DNA from: an uncultured Candidatus Saccharibacteria bacterium
Lineage (GTDB): Bacteria > Patescibacteriota > Minisyncoccia > Phycocordibacterales > UBA9973
Length of the DNA: 64,000 bases
Assembly (NCBI GenBank): GCA_964646765.1
Contig: CAZYIA010000001.1
Location: 274,105-338,104 of the forward strand
Direction of reading: 5' to 3'
Position numbers and translations under genes: made by a program. This document shows, in pieces, positions 15,326 through 24,482 of the stretch; position 1 is the first letter of the stretch, and the number at the start of each line of letters is the position of its first letter. The notes below the pieces were generated by a model. That model saw nothing but the letters and a program-made list of their open reading frames with translations. It did no database searches and had not been told where the DNA came from.

Positions 15326-16210
15326 TTATCCTTTCACCAAATCAATTGCGTGTTTTAAAAACTCAGGCATTTTTGAACCAACCGCTTCAAGAGCAATTGG
15401 CATATAGCGCAAAGGGTGCAGTAGTGGATTTGATTCAATCGCACCAACATGAATACCATCTTTTGCGCGAGTAAAATGAATACTCGTCAGATGTTTTAAC
15501 CCAAGTGTTATATACAGTTCCTTTGCTCGAGCAGTAATTTCTCGAGCATCAACTCCTCCAAGTAAACGGGGTTTTACAAAAGTGTACCCAGAAAAACTAT
15601 ACGAACCTAACACAACCGGCGGAAAAGCATACGGATGTTCACCACGAAATGTATCAGTCACTAAAACCGCAATATCCTCGCCAAAAGCTAAGGATTCAAT
15701 TGTTCCTCCACTTACCTTCTGAAAATGAAGTGCAAACAACCTTGCTAGCTCTTCTCGTGTTTTCACTGTTTTAAATGGCAGCGACTGACCAGGTAAGCGA
15801 ATAAGCCATGGTGGTGGCAATTTTTGCGAAACTATACCAGCCATATTTTCAATCGAAGTAACCTCTGGATTGCGCATCAAATCAGCAATGAGTATCGTTT
15901 TTGGCGTCTGATGAAAGTGTGGCATTACTCCCGAAACAACGGGTAAACCAATTTCACTGAATGAAAATAGCCCAGTATGTTGTGGGGCTGATAAGAGCGA
16001 CAACAGCACATCTACCGAAGAAACAATATCACCGGCATTTACCTCTTTTCCTCGAATGTGCCAAACTCCGTCACGAGTTATCAAAATATCTATGCCCTGG
16101 TGCGAATGCGCTAAGTCATTTTGAACAAGATTCAGCACGTACGAACCTGCTTCAAGAGAATGAAAATATTCCGGACCTGTTCCACCACGAATAATGCCAA
16201 CGCGAATCAT
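15326..16210 (-). CDS. ddl: D-alanine--D-alanine ligase family protein (ATP-grasp)
   Basis: 294 aa; N-terminus MIRVGIIRGGTGPEYFHSLEAGSYVL matches Ddl N-domain pattern (G-I-x-x-GG-x-S-x-E-x-x-x-SL-x-SG); short for Ddl. Confidence 0.5.
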   Translation of the reverse strand: MIRVGIIRGGTGPEYFHSLEAGSYVLNLVQNDLAHSHQGIDILITRDGVWHIRGKEVNAGDIVSSVDVLLSLLSAPQHTGLFSFSEIGLPVVSGVMPHFHQTPKTILIADLMRNPEVTSIENMAGIVSQKLPPPWLIRLPGQSLPFKTVKTREELARLFALHFQKVSGGTIESLAFGEDIAVLVTDTFRGEHPYAFPPVVLGSYSFSGYTFVKPRLLGGVDAREITARAKELYITLGLKHLTSIHFTRAKDGIHVGAIESNPLLHPLRYMPIALEAVGSKMPEFLKHAIDLVKG

Positions 16211-16249
16211 GCCACTAAGTATACCGTAGTGGGTAGTCTGTAGCTAGAA

Positions 16250-17491
16250 CTATTTAAGAAAAGCCTGGCCGCGTTTCTTTTTATGGAACGTAATTGCAAA
16301 ACGGTGTGCTTCGGCATTTGCTAAAATAATCGCCTTTTGCTGTTTAGTACTAAATTCTGTAAGCCCTAATATTTCTCGCGGTTTATGATGTTCATCTTTC
16401 ACTACTGAAACGACTGGAATAGTGAGCTGAAATCGCTTAAGCACCTGCTCACCTACTCGCTTTTGAGCTACACCACCATCCATCACAACAATATCTGGCA
16501 TTCCCCACTCACTATGGCGAAAACGGCGAGAGAGAACTTCTTCAAGTGCCCCAACATCATTACTCTTTTCTTGGCTTTGGATAATAAATTTTCGATACTC
16601 TGCTTTATCAATTTCTCCGTCCGTGATTACCGTCATAACACCAACCATGTTTTTGCCGCTCATGTGTGCAATATCGTAGGCCTCGATACGAATATGCGCT
16701 GTGCGAGGATCACGAAAATTTTCATTTTTAATGAGTGCTGTATCGTTAATATGCTTGAGAGCAAAAATTTGGTCTCGAACACGAGCAGCCTCCTCAAACC
16801 GATGTTCTTTTGAAAACGATTTCATATCTCGCTCGAGTGTTCGAACAATATTCCCTTTTTTGCCAGAAAAAAATAATTTCAGATTACGAATATTTTTTCG
16901 GTACGCCTTTACCGCTTCTTCATTTGAGATGTCAGGATTGAGCCCAACTTGGCGATAAAATTCATAATTGTCTTGGCGAGCCGACTGACCATCCATAAAT
17001 GGGAAAATACGGCGAATAATTTTTATCGCTTCTTTAAACTGCCCACCAGAAGTAAATGGACCATACACAGTATCTATTTCAACGTGCTCAAGCGATTCAG
17101 GTACAATTCCTTCTTCATATTTTTCTAAGTCACGACCACGAACAGTAAGGACTCGGGGTAATTCTTCTTTTGTAATGACAATATAATTCCAGCTCTTATC
17201 ATCTTTTTCTTTAACGTTGTAATACGGCAAATGACGCTTGATGAGCGCTGCTTCGAGAATAAGAGCTTCGAGTACCGTTTCAGTTTCTTGCCACTCAATT
17301 TTCGTAGCCTTAAATACCATGTCCACGATCATTGGTCCGCGAGTGTTAATAAGGTCGCTGGCAAAATAACTCCGTGTACGCTCACGAAGCGACGTTGCTT
17401 TTCCAATATACAGAATCTCCTTCCCTTTTTTGAAGAAGTACACACCTGGTACATTAGGAAGTTTACATTTTGCGAGCTGTTCTATCGTCAC
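16250..17491 (-). CDS. uvrC: excinuclease ABC subunit C, short form (GIY-YIG + RNase H-like endonuclease domains, no C-terminal HhH)
   Basis: 413 aa; GIY-YIG block GVYFFKKGKEILYIGKATSLRERTRSYF at N-terminus; C-terminal PDIVVMDGGVAQKRV...IPVVSVVKDEHHK matches UvrC endonuclease domain. Confidence 0.65.
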   Translation of the reverse strand: MTIEQLAKCKLPNVPGVYFFKKGKEILYIGKATSLRERTRSYFASDLINTRGPMIVDMVFKATKIEWQETETVLEALILEAALIKRHLPYYNVKEKDDKSWNYIVITKEELPRVLTVRGRDLEKYEEGIVPESLEHVEIDTVYGPFTSGGQFKEAIKIIRRIFPFMDGQSARQDNYEFYRQVGLNPDISNEEAVKAYRKNIRNLKLFFSGKKGNIVRTLERDMKSFSKEHRFEEAARVRDQIFALKHINDTALIKNENFRDPRTAHIRIEAYDIAHMSGKNMVGVMTVITDGEIDKAEYRKFIIQSQEKSNDVGALEEVLSRRFRHSEWGMPDIVVMDGGVAQKRVGEQVLKRFQLTIPVVSVVKDEHHKPREILGLTEFSTKQQKAIILANAEAHRFAITFHKKKRGQAFLK

Positions 17492-17552
17492 AAGGATGCA
17501 TTATACGGATTTCAAACTAATAAAAAAGCTTCCCGAAGGAAGCCTTTTTACT

Positions 17553-18131
17553 TTAACGAGCAATACGGACACTACTGTACGTGCGGTGATACCGAGCAAA
17601 GTATCCGCGCATAAGTATCGTTAATCCGAATGCTCCCGGTGTATTATTCGGCATCGAATTATTCGACACCCTAAAAATAACATCGCGTGGAGTTAGAAAG
17701 TTCAAATCGAACTCTCTCCTCTCAAAGAACTCTTTTATTTCGCTTGAAAAAAGAAGGACTCCGTTTATATCACGCACCTCTACGAAGTCATTACCGGTAT
17801 CATCATTAGCATCCATAATGACTGTAACGTGAACGCAGATAACATTGCGAATCACTCGAACTTTCGGCTGTTTCGTATCCACGGGGGTAAATTTGAAATC
17901 CCGAGGTGATACCAATCCAGTGGTGAGACTTCTCAGATTATCTGATGAACCACCCATGTCGTACCAACGAAATTCTTTCACCACACGTTGTGTACGCTCA
18001 GTAAGTAAAACGGTTTTTTTACTACCGGTATGACTAAAGACGTCACAACGTAAAAGTTTAGAGTCGCTACATCCATAAAAAGTGGCACTGAAAAGCATCA
18101 GCATCACTAAAAGAGAATTTGACGTTTTCAT
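17553..18131 (-). CDS. hypothetical lipoprotein
   Basis: 192 aa; signal peptide with lipobox-like FYGC. Confidence 0.45.
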   Translation of the reverse strand: MKTSNSLLVMLMLFSATFYGCSDSKLLRCDVFSHTGSKKTVLLTERTQRVVKEFRWYDMGGSSDNLRSLTTGLVSPRDFKFTPVDTKQPKVRVIRNVICVHVTVIMDANDDTGNDFVEVRDINGVLLFSSEIKEFFERREFDLNFLTPRDVIFRVSNNSMPNNTPGAFGLTILMRGYFARYHRTYSSVRIAR

Positions 18132-18343
18132 ACATTAAGTTTTGTTGACCACAATGGGCGAGAAAGCTCGTCAGCTCCGGCCAGCAAACCTACTGCTCTC
18201 AAATAACGAAGCTATTACTTCCACAGTACAATTTCATATTTTTATGTCAAGAATAGTTTCGTAGTATTGACGCCGCGTAATCTAAGGTGATACGGTGATG
18301 CTGAAAATGAAACCCTATTTACATCATACTTAAATTCTTTCCT

Positions 18344-18691
18344 ATGCTTCTCCTTTCCACTACAGAATTTAAACCTATACTAACAATCAATAACATCATA
18401 CAAGCCTCTCCCGAAAAAGTAGCTGAGATTATGATGCGTTGGCTTACCGAGCAGGCAACATACCATACTATAGGTATTAAGGCAGCAGCTAAAGCCGATA
18501 ACAATATCGTTACAGTAAACTTCACTGCTCCAGCATACACCGGTGGTAGTCCTGAAAGTATTTTATGTACAGCAACCGTGACTTCGAAAGAAGTTACTAT
18601 TGAGCAAACCCACAAAATGGCAAGCAACTATGTTTGGAATTGCTTTAGAAGTCATCTAATCATGACCATTGAGAAAATTACTGAGATATAG
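18344..18691 (+). CDS. hypothetical small protein (uncertain; competes with antisense ORF 18319..18627)
   Basis: 115 aa hydrophilic ORF in a 560-nt gap between convergent/divergent genes; no clear RBS. Confidence 0.25.
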   Translation: MLLLSTTEFKPILTINNIIQASPEKVAEIMMRWLTEQATYHTIGIKAAAKADNNIVTVNFTAPAYTGGSPESILCTATVTSKEVTIEQTHKMASNYVWNCFRSHLIMTIEKITEI

Positions 18692-18741
18692 CGAACAGAA
18701 CAACAAAGACTTGGCACGACCTATTTGGTACGGCCTCGTTT

Positions 18742-21363
18742 TTATTTTCGGAGAACTTTTTTAAGATATTTTCCTGTGTGGCTCTTCGGATTATTTGCCA
18801 CTTCCTCCGGTGTTCCATGTGCTACCAATTTACCACCGCCAACACCACCTTCTGGACCAATGTCGATGAGGTAGTCGGAGCATTTAATGATATCCATGTT
18901 GTGCTCAATCAATACGACACTGTTTCCTTTGCCTACGAGCATCTGAAGCACTTCTAAAAGCTTTGCAACGTCATCGTAGTGTAAACCTACTGTTGGCTCG
19001 TCTAAAAGATACATCGTTTTTTCGATATGCGTTCGATACAGTTCAGATGAAATTTTAACACGCTGTGCTTCCCCACCCGAGAGCGTGGTAGCACTTTGGC
19101 CAAGCTCCAAATACCCTAAGCCAACATCATCAAGGGTTTTTAAACGGTCATAAATAGCTGGAATATCCTCAAAGAATTTTAGTGCTTCTTCAACTGTTGT
19201 TTTGAGCACTTCGTAAATATTCTTTTTCTTATACTTTACCGCAAGGGTTTCTTTGTCGAAGCGCTTACCGCGACATACATCACAAGTAACATACACGGTT
19301 GGCAAAAAGTGCATTTCAACTGCAATTTCACCATTTCCTTCACACGCCTCACAGCGGCCACCTTTCACGTTGAATGAAAAACGATTTGATTTCCAACCGC
19401 GAATACGAGCTTCCTCGGTAGCTGCAAAAAGGTCACGAATATGCGAAAAAGCACCGGTATAGGTAGCAATATTTGAGCGTGGTGTACGGCCAATCGGCGA
19501 CTGATCGATCAAAATAGCCCGTGAAAGATACTCGGAACCAGTAAACGTTGCGCAGTTAAATGTTTGGTTCGAACGATACCGGCGATCAAATCGGGCTTCC
19601 AAATTCTTGTGCAAGATTTCATACATGAAAGAGCTCTTACCGCTACCTGAAACACCAGTAATGGTAACTAAGCGACCGAGCGGCACTGTAACATTCATGT
19701 TTTTAATATTGAAGACACTACCATTCACAATTTTGACAGCTCCTTTATCTTTACTGCGGCGTTCATCTGGTACAGCAATTTTTTCTTCGCCACGAAGATA
19801 CGCGAGTGTACGTGAACCGCTCGGGTTTTTCTTCGCAGTCAACAGATCATCAAGATACCCTGAAGCAATTACATTACCACCATGAACACCTGCTTTCGGA
19901 CCAATATCAATAATATAGTCAGAGGCGTAAATAGTATCTTCATCGTGTTCAACGACTAAGATAGTATTGCCAAGATCACGGAGATTCAAAAGCGTTTCAA
20001 TCAAACGTTCGTTATCACGCTGGTGAAGCCCAATCGTTGGTTCATCGAGCACATACAGTGCTCCCACAAGTCGTGAACCCAGTTGTGAAGCTAAACGAAT
20101 GCGTTGCGCTTCCCCACCCGAGAGCGTATTAGCTCTTCGATCAAGTGTTAAATATTCCAAACCAACATCGAGCATAAACACCAACCGAGCTTCAATTTCT
20201 TTCAAAACTGGCAGCGAAATATCTTTATCCTTTGGAGAAAATTTCAGGTTGGTCGTGAAAGCATGCGCGGTAGCAATACTCTGTGCAGCAAATTCAACAA
20301 TATTTTTTCGCTCCGTTCCGGTGCCGATAAATACATTTAAAGCTTCAGTTCGCAAGCGAGCTCCTTTACAAGTAGGACATGCTTCGTCACCAAAAAAATG
20401 CTTGGTGCCTAAACCATTACATTCAGAACAGGCACCATAGGGTGAATTGAACGAAAAGAGTCGCGGCTCAATTTCTGGAAATGAAAAACCATCGTTTGGG
20501 CAAGCAAACTTTGCCGAGAGCAAAAATTCTTCACTGCCATCAAACGACACAATAACTAAACCATCAGCCTCATGGAGAGCTCGTTCCACCGATTCAGCAA
20601 GTCGCATACGAGCAGCCTCAGGGCTGTTCTTAAATTCTTCTACCAAAAATTCATCTACGAGTACTTCAATGTTGTGCGCTTTTGTTTTTGAAAGCTCAAT
20701 ACGGTCACGAAGACTCATCATCTTGCCATCAACGCGAACATGCGTAAAACCTTTACCAAGAAGATCATATAGCAACTGATAGTATTCACCTTTTCGTCCA
20801 CGAACTAATGGCGCGTATACATGCACTCGCGCATCTACCCAAGTAACTCCGAGAACTGTTTTCTTTTTAGAAATTTTAATGCGTTCATCTGCCTTTTCAA
20901 GGACAAACGAAACAATTTCTTCGTTCGATAGTTTTTTAATCTCCGTACCGCATACTGGACAAACGGCCTTTCCCACACGAGCGTAGAGCACACGAAGATA
21001 GTCGTAAATTTCGGTAATGGTTGCGACTGTTGAACGTGGATTATTTGAGCGAGATTTTTGGTCGATAGAAATCGCCGGAGAAAGTCCAGTGATTTCGTCC
21101 ACATCAGGCTTTGGCATCTGATTTAAGAACTGACGAGCATACGCTGAAAGTGACTCAACATACCGACGCTGACCTTCAGCAAAAATGGTATCAAAAGCAA
21201 GCGAGCTTTTACCTGAACCTGACATACCAGTAATAACCACCATTTTATTGCGTGGCATTTCAACCGTAATGTTTTTGAGATTATGCGTTCGAGCACCGCG
21301 AACGATGATTTCTTCTTGTTGTTTATGGGTTTTATGAGACATAGCTATATGACGCAAACTCAC
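18742..21363 (-). CDS. uvrA: excinuclease ABC subunit A
   Basis: 873 aa; [11 protein letters not shown]..., two ABC ATPase modules ([14 protein letters not shown]; GVSGSGKSS), LSGGEAQR signatures, zinc-finger CxxC pairs. Confidence 0.9.
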   Translation of the reverse strand: MSLRHIAMSHKTHKQQEEIIVRGARTHNLKNITVEMPRNKMVVITGMSGSGKSSLAFDTIFAEGQRRYVESLSAYARQFLNQMPKPDVDEITGLSPAISIDQKSRSNNPRSTVATITEIYDYLRVLYARVGKAVCPVCGTEIKKLSNEEIVSFVLEKADERIKISKKKTVLGVTWVDARVHVYAPLVRGRKGEYYQLLYDLLGKGFTHVRVDGKMMSLRDRIELSKTKAHNIEVLVDEFLVEEFKNSPEAARMRLAESVERALHEADGLVIVSFDGSEEFLLSAKFACPNDGFSFPEIEPRLFSFNSPYGACSECNGLGTKHFFGDEACPTCKGARLRTEALNVFIGTGTERKNIVEFAAQSIATAHAFTTNLKFSPKDKDISLPVLKEIEARLVFMLDVGLEYLTLDRRANTLSGGEAQRIRLASQLGSRLVGALYVLDEPTIGLHQRDNERLIETLLNLRDLGNTILVVEHDEDTIYASDYIIDIGPKAGVHGGNVIASGYLDDLLTAKKNPSGSRTLAYLRGEEKIAVPDERRSKDKGAVKIVNGSVFNIKNMNVTVPLGRLVTITGVSGSGKSSFMYEILHKNLEARFDRRYRSNQTFNCATFTGSEYLSRAILIDQSPIGRTPRSNIATYTGAFSHIRDLFAATEEARIRGWKSNRFSFNVKGGRCEACEGNGEIAVEMHFLPTVYVTCDVCRGKRFDKETLAVKYKKKNIYEVLKTTVEEALKFFEDIPAIYDRLKTLDDVGLGYLELGQSATTLSGGEAQRVKISSELYRTHIEKTMYLLDEPTVGLHYDDVAKLLEVLQMLVGKGNSVVLIEHNMDIIKCSDYLIDIGPEGGVGGGKLVAHGTPEEVANNPKSHTGKYLKKVLRK

Positions 21364-21435
21364 CCGCCAAGACTGCTTGGGGGTGTTTATCGTACAGTTC
21401 TACTATAACATACTTGGCAAGTCCTTATAGAGACA

Positions 21436-21466
21436 CAGAAAGACGCCTGCAGGAGGCGTCTTTCTG
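21436..21466. terminator. rho-independent terminator (cagaaAGACGCCTgcaggAGGCGTCTttctg) downstream of small minus-strand ORF
   Basis: 13-bp near-perfect stem. Confidence 0.6.
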
Positions 21467-21507
21467 TATTAGAAGTTGAAAGTCGTGTTTTAGTTTTAGT
21501 TGTTTGG

Positions 21508-21650
21508 TTAGCGGTTGTCTGAACCAGATGAAGAACCGGAGCCACCAGAACCGGAATCATTACCCCTGTTTCCCTGACCACCACCTCCCTGGTTGCCGCT
21601 CTTTTCCATCTTGTCCTGGCCACCTTGGTTGTTGTGAAATTCGTGAGTCA
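21508..21650 (-). CDS. small Gly/Asn/Gln-rich hydrophilic protein (KGG-repeat stress-protein-like?)
   Basis: 47 aa from ATG at 21650 (MTHEFHNNQGGQDKMEKSGNQGGGGQGNRGNDSGSGGSGSSSGSDNR); longer ORF to 21705 possible; own terminator 40 nt downstream. Confidence 0.3.
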
Positions 21651-21783
21651 TATAATTAAAACACAAAACGAAATTCGTATTGTGTTGGTTGTTACTACTA
21701 ATCATCGGCCTACATCTTACCTAACGCAAGGTAAAGAGGAGGTGTGACAAACCGATTGAAAAAATAACAAAAACTAACAGCTA

Positions 21784-22188
21784 CTATTTATTTAGAACTG
21801 TGATAGTTAACTGTAAACAAGTAGCAAACATTCCCCAGAGAAGATATGGGATGTTTACATACACTACCCAACGGAATGCTGGTGCGACATGCCAAAGCAT
21901 ATATAATGCCCAAGCTAAGGTAATAACTACAAGGATTACATCAATCGAGGCAAGAAGATTATTTCTAAGTCCAAACTGAATTGGTGTAAATGCAAAATTA
22001 AAAATGAGGTTCAAAGCAAATGGTAAAGATAGTATCCAAGGAAGCTCTCCAGTATGGGATCGATAAAAGACGGTACCGAAAGAAATAGCAATAATTACAT
22101 AGAGCACCGTCCATACTGGACCAAACAGCCAAGATGGAGGAGCCCAAGCAGGCTTCATAAGTTCTGAGTACCAAGTGTAAGTGTTCAT
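21784..22188 (-). CDS. tspO: TspO/MBR family tryptophan-rich sensory protein
   Basis: 134 aa, 5 TM; N-terminal WYSELMKPAWAPPSWLFGPVWTVLY matches TspO signature. Confidence 0.8.
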   Translation of the reverse strand: MNTYTWYSELMKPAWAPPSWLFGPVWTVLYVIIAISFGTVFYRSHTGELPWILSLPFALNLIFNFAFTPIQFGLRNNLLASIDVILVVITLAWALYMLWHVAPAFRWVVYVNIPYLLWGMFATCLQLTITVLNK

Positions 22189-22321
22189 TGGTTTAGTGTA
22201 GCATTTGAGCTCATAAGTTAATAAGTAAAATTCTACAGGAAGACGCGCTCTACGGTCACTGACACTTTTCCATCACTAAACTTGTGAGCCATAATAATTT
22301 GCTCGCCGTCGCTCACAAATT

Positions 22322-22414
22322 TTCCAGCCCCGGACTCAGCTGTTTTTCTTGCTAGAAAAACATGCTTCCGTCTTCACTGCACAGCAAAAAATCCCCAGCA
22401 GTGGGGATTTTTTG
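22322..22414. repeat. conserved tRNA-flanking element copy C; ends in hairpin 22386..22413
   Basis: ttccagccccggactcagctgtttttc...aaaaacatgctTCCGTCTTCACtgcacagc-AAAAAA-TCCCCA-gcag-TGGGGA-TTTTTT; 7 nt from 3' end of tRNA-Glu. Confidence 0.55.
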
Positions 22415-22420
22415 TGGCAG

Positions 22421-22492
22421 TGACCCTACGGGGAGTCGAACCCCGGTTAACGGATTGAGAACCCGCTGTCCTAACCACTAGACGATAGGGCC
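22421..22492 (-). tRNA. tRNA-Glu (anticodon CUC)
   Basis: Manual fold: acceptor GGCCCUA/UAGGGUC, D-arm GUCU-AGUGGUUA-GGAC (Glu/Gln-type), anticodon stem GCGGG/UCCGU loop UUCUCAA, T-arm CGGGG-UUCGACU-CCCCG, discriminator A. Confidence 0.75.
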
Positions 22493-22569
22493 AATAACAG
22501 AAGAAAGATAGCAAAAATAACTTGATTTTTCAATGTTCGTAGAGAAAGTTTTTCTGTTACAATACAGAT

Positions 22570-22881
22570 ATGACAACCAAACCTTTCTATAATTCAGTAT
22601 TTGCAATGGCCTATATTGTGGTCATCGTTTCCCTTCTTTCATTTGCTCAGCATTTTGCCGCTGGCCCTGACAACATGCTTATGCCAATAGGCATGCTTTC
22701 AATGCTAGTTCTTTCAGCAGCAGTTATGGCGTACATTTTCTTTTACCAACCAGTTCTCATGCTCATTGAAGGAAAACGCGAACAAGCTGTGACTTTCTTC
22801 ATGAAGACAGTTGCTTACTTTGCAATCATTGCAGCATTAATGTTTTTTGCTTCTATCGTAGTAAGCCGTATCGCAGCATAA
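22570..22881 (+). CDS. hypothetical small membrane protein (3 TM)
   Basis: 103 aa; TACAAT -10-like box 9 nt upstream. Confidence 0.4.
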   Translation: MTTKPFYNSVFAMAYIVVIVSLLSFAQHFAAGPDNMLMPIGMLSMLVLSAAVMAYIFFYQPVLMLIEGKREQAVTFFMKTVAYFAIIAALMFFASIVVSRIAA

Positions 22882-23071
22882 GTTTTTGCAATAAACACTA
22901 CAAACGGTCAAGGTAACGTTCTTGAAATTAATTCGTCATTATATATGCAGCGGGGCTCGCTAAAAGGCCAAAAAACTTTGCAAAAAGCTTATTCCCACCT
23001 ACGAATAAGCTTTTTGTTTTCTACTTTTGATTTTTGTCCTATTTCTTATTTCTTTAAGACTTTTTTACAAC

Positions 23072-23117
23072 TATTTTATATACAATTCTCACCCGGGTGA
23101 GAATTGTATATAAAATA
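23072..23117. repeat. perfect 46-bp palindrome (TATTTTATATACAATTCTCACCC|GGGTGAGAATTGTATATAAAATA) between convergent genes; likely bidirectional terminator or protein-binding site
   Basis: 23-nt arms perfectly complementary, CCCGGG centre. Confidence 0.7.
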
Positions 23118-23206
23118 TATTTAAAGTGAGGGGAAGATATTTTTTACTTCTTTTCTTTCTTACTGTTTCTTACGAGTGGTACTTTTTACCACTATTCCTA
23201 TTTATC

Positions 23207-24481
23207 TTATTTTTTCTTCCACTCTTCTTCTTGGCGAACGAGGAGTTTTTCTTTATGTTCAGGGTGCGCCATCAGTTCTTCAACTGCTCTTTCGAGACGA
23301 ACACCCTGGGAACCTTTTACTAAAATTAAATCTCCTGGTTCAAGAATCGAAGCAAGAGCTCGGCCGGCTTCGCGGCTTCCTTGATACTCAGCAACATTTT
23401 GCGCCGTCATACCGTGCATATAGGCACTCTCAGCAATCCCCTTTGCTCGAACACCAACCGTAATTAAGTGCTTCACCACTTTGGCCGCATGCTCTCCAAC
23501 TGTATGGTGTGCTTCTTCGGTAAATTTACCAAGCTCAAGCATATCACCAAGCACCGCAATTTTTCTGCCGGGAGCTTTCAGGTTATCTAAGAGTTTCAGT
23601 GCTGCTTCCATTGCTTCAGGTGAAGCATTATAGCTATCATCAATAATCACACTTTGATTTTTTCCTTCAATAAGTGACAGGCGGCCAGGCGGCGTACGAA
23701 AGCCCGAAAGATTTGCGAGAACTTCCCTTCGATTAAAACCAAGAGCGTCAGCAACTGAGAAAGCAGCAAGAACCGCCGTTATTTGGGTATCAGAAATAAG
23801 ATATGGAAAATCCTGAGTAATTTGTTCGTCGCCAGTATCAATCGCAAAGCTAATCCCATTTTCACCACGCGACAATATATTTCCTTTAATTTGCGCTCGC
23901 TCTAAAAATCCGTAGCCGCGAGAGGGGCCATTATATTCTCGAAGTGTCAGCGCAATACGTTCGTCATCAGCATTTCCAATAAGAATTCCCCCTTCACGTA
24001 GGGTGCGAACTAAAGCTAATTTTTCTTGAATAACATGTTCGGCTGATTCAAAAAACTCAACGTGCACAGGAATAAGTGGTAAGCGAGTAAGAACTGTCAC
24101 GTTTGGTTTTAACCATTGGGTAATACTCGAAATATCTCCTGGACGGTCAGTACCCACCTCAAGGACAAGCCATTCAGGATACTTATGAGGAAAAACTACT
24201 AACCAAAAACCAAGAAAGATATTTTCAATCCAGCGCCACCACGAGTTCCAGACATTTGGAAGTCCTAAAACCGAAAGCGGTACGCTAAATTCACTGTTAA
24301 AACTTTTTTCACTTTTACGAACATGGGTTAGGCCAGAGAGTGCAGTAAAAATAGCATCTTTAGTTGACGTTTTACCCACACTGCCAGTAATAGCGATAAT
24401 TTTTGGCTGGTAACGAAGCAACACGGCTTTCGCTTCCCAGATTAAAATATTGTTGAGAATCTTTTTTAAAGTTTGACGCAT
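23207..24481 (-). CDS. murF: UDP-N-acetylmuramoyl-tripeptide--D-alanyl-D-alanine ligase
   Basis: 424 aa; Mur ligase P-loop ITGSVGKTSTK, position after ftsI in dcw cluster. Confidence 0.8.
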   Translation of the reverse strand: MRQTLKKILNNILIWEAKAVLLRYQPKIIAITGSVGKTSTKDAIFTALSGLTHVRKSEKSFNSEFSVPLSVLGLPNVWNSWWRWIENIFLGFWLVVFPHKYPEWLVLEVGTDRPGDISSITQWLKPNVTVLTRLPLIPVHVEFFESAEHVIQEKLALVRTLREGGILIGNADDERIALTLREYNGPSRGYGFLERAQIKGNILSRGENGISFAIDTGDEQITQDFPYLISDTQITAVLAAFSVADALGFNRREVLANLSGFRTPPGRLSLIEGKNQSVIIDDSYNASPEAMEAALKLLDNLKAPGRKIAVLGDMLELGKFTEEAHHTVGEHAAKVVKHLITVGVRAKGIAESAYMHGMTAQNVAEYQGSREAGRALASILEPGDLILVKGSQGVRLERAVEELMAHPEHKEKLLVRQEEEWKKK

Positions 24482-24482
24482 A

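Noticed and set aside
18319-18627. 102-aa minus-strand hydrophobic ORF
   Set aside because: Mutually exclusive with plus-strand ORF 18344..18691. Neither has strong support. The plus-strand ORF was kept at low confidence only.
21736-21760. Strong SD-like AAGAGGAGGTGTGAC motif. A similar AAGGAGGTGTGTCG occurs at 37921.
   Set aside because: Neither is followed by a credible ORF (8-aa and 7-aa frames). Both lie on the strand opposite to neighbouring genes. Probably chance or degenerate remnants.
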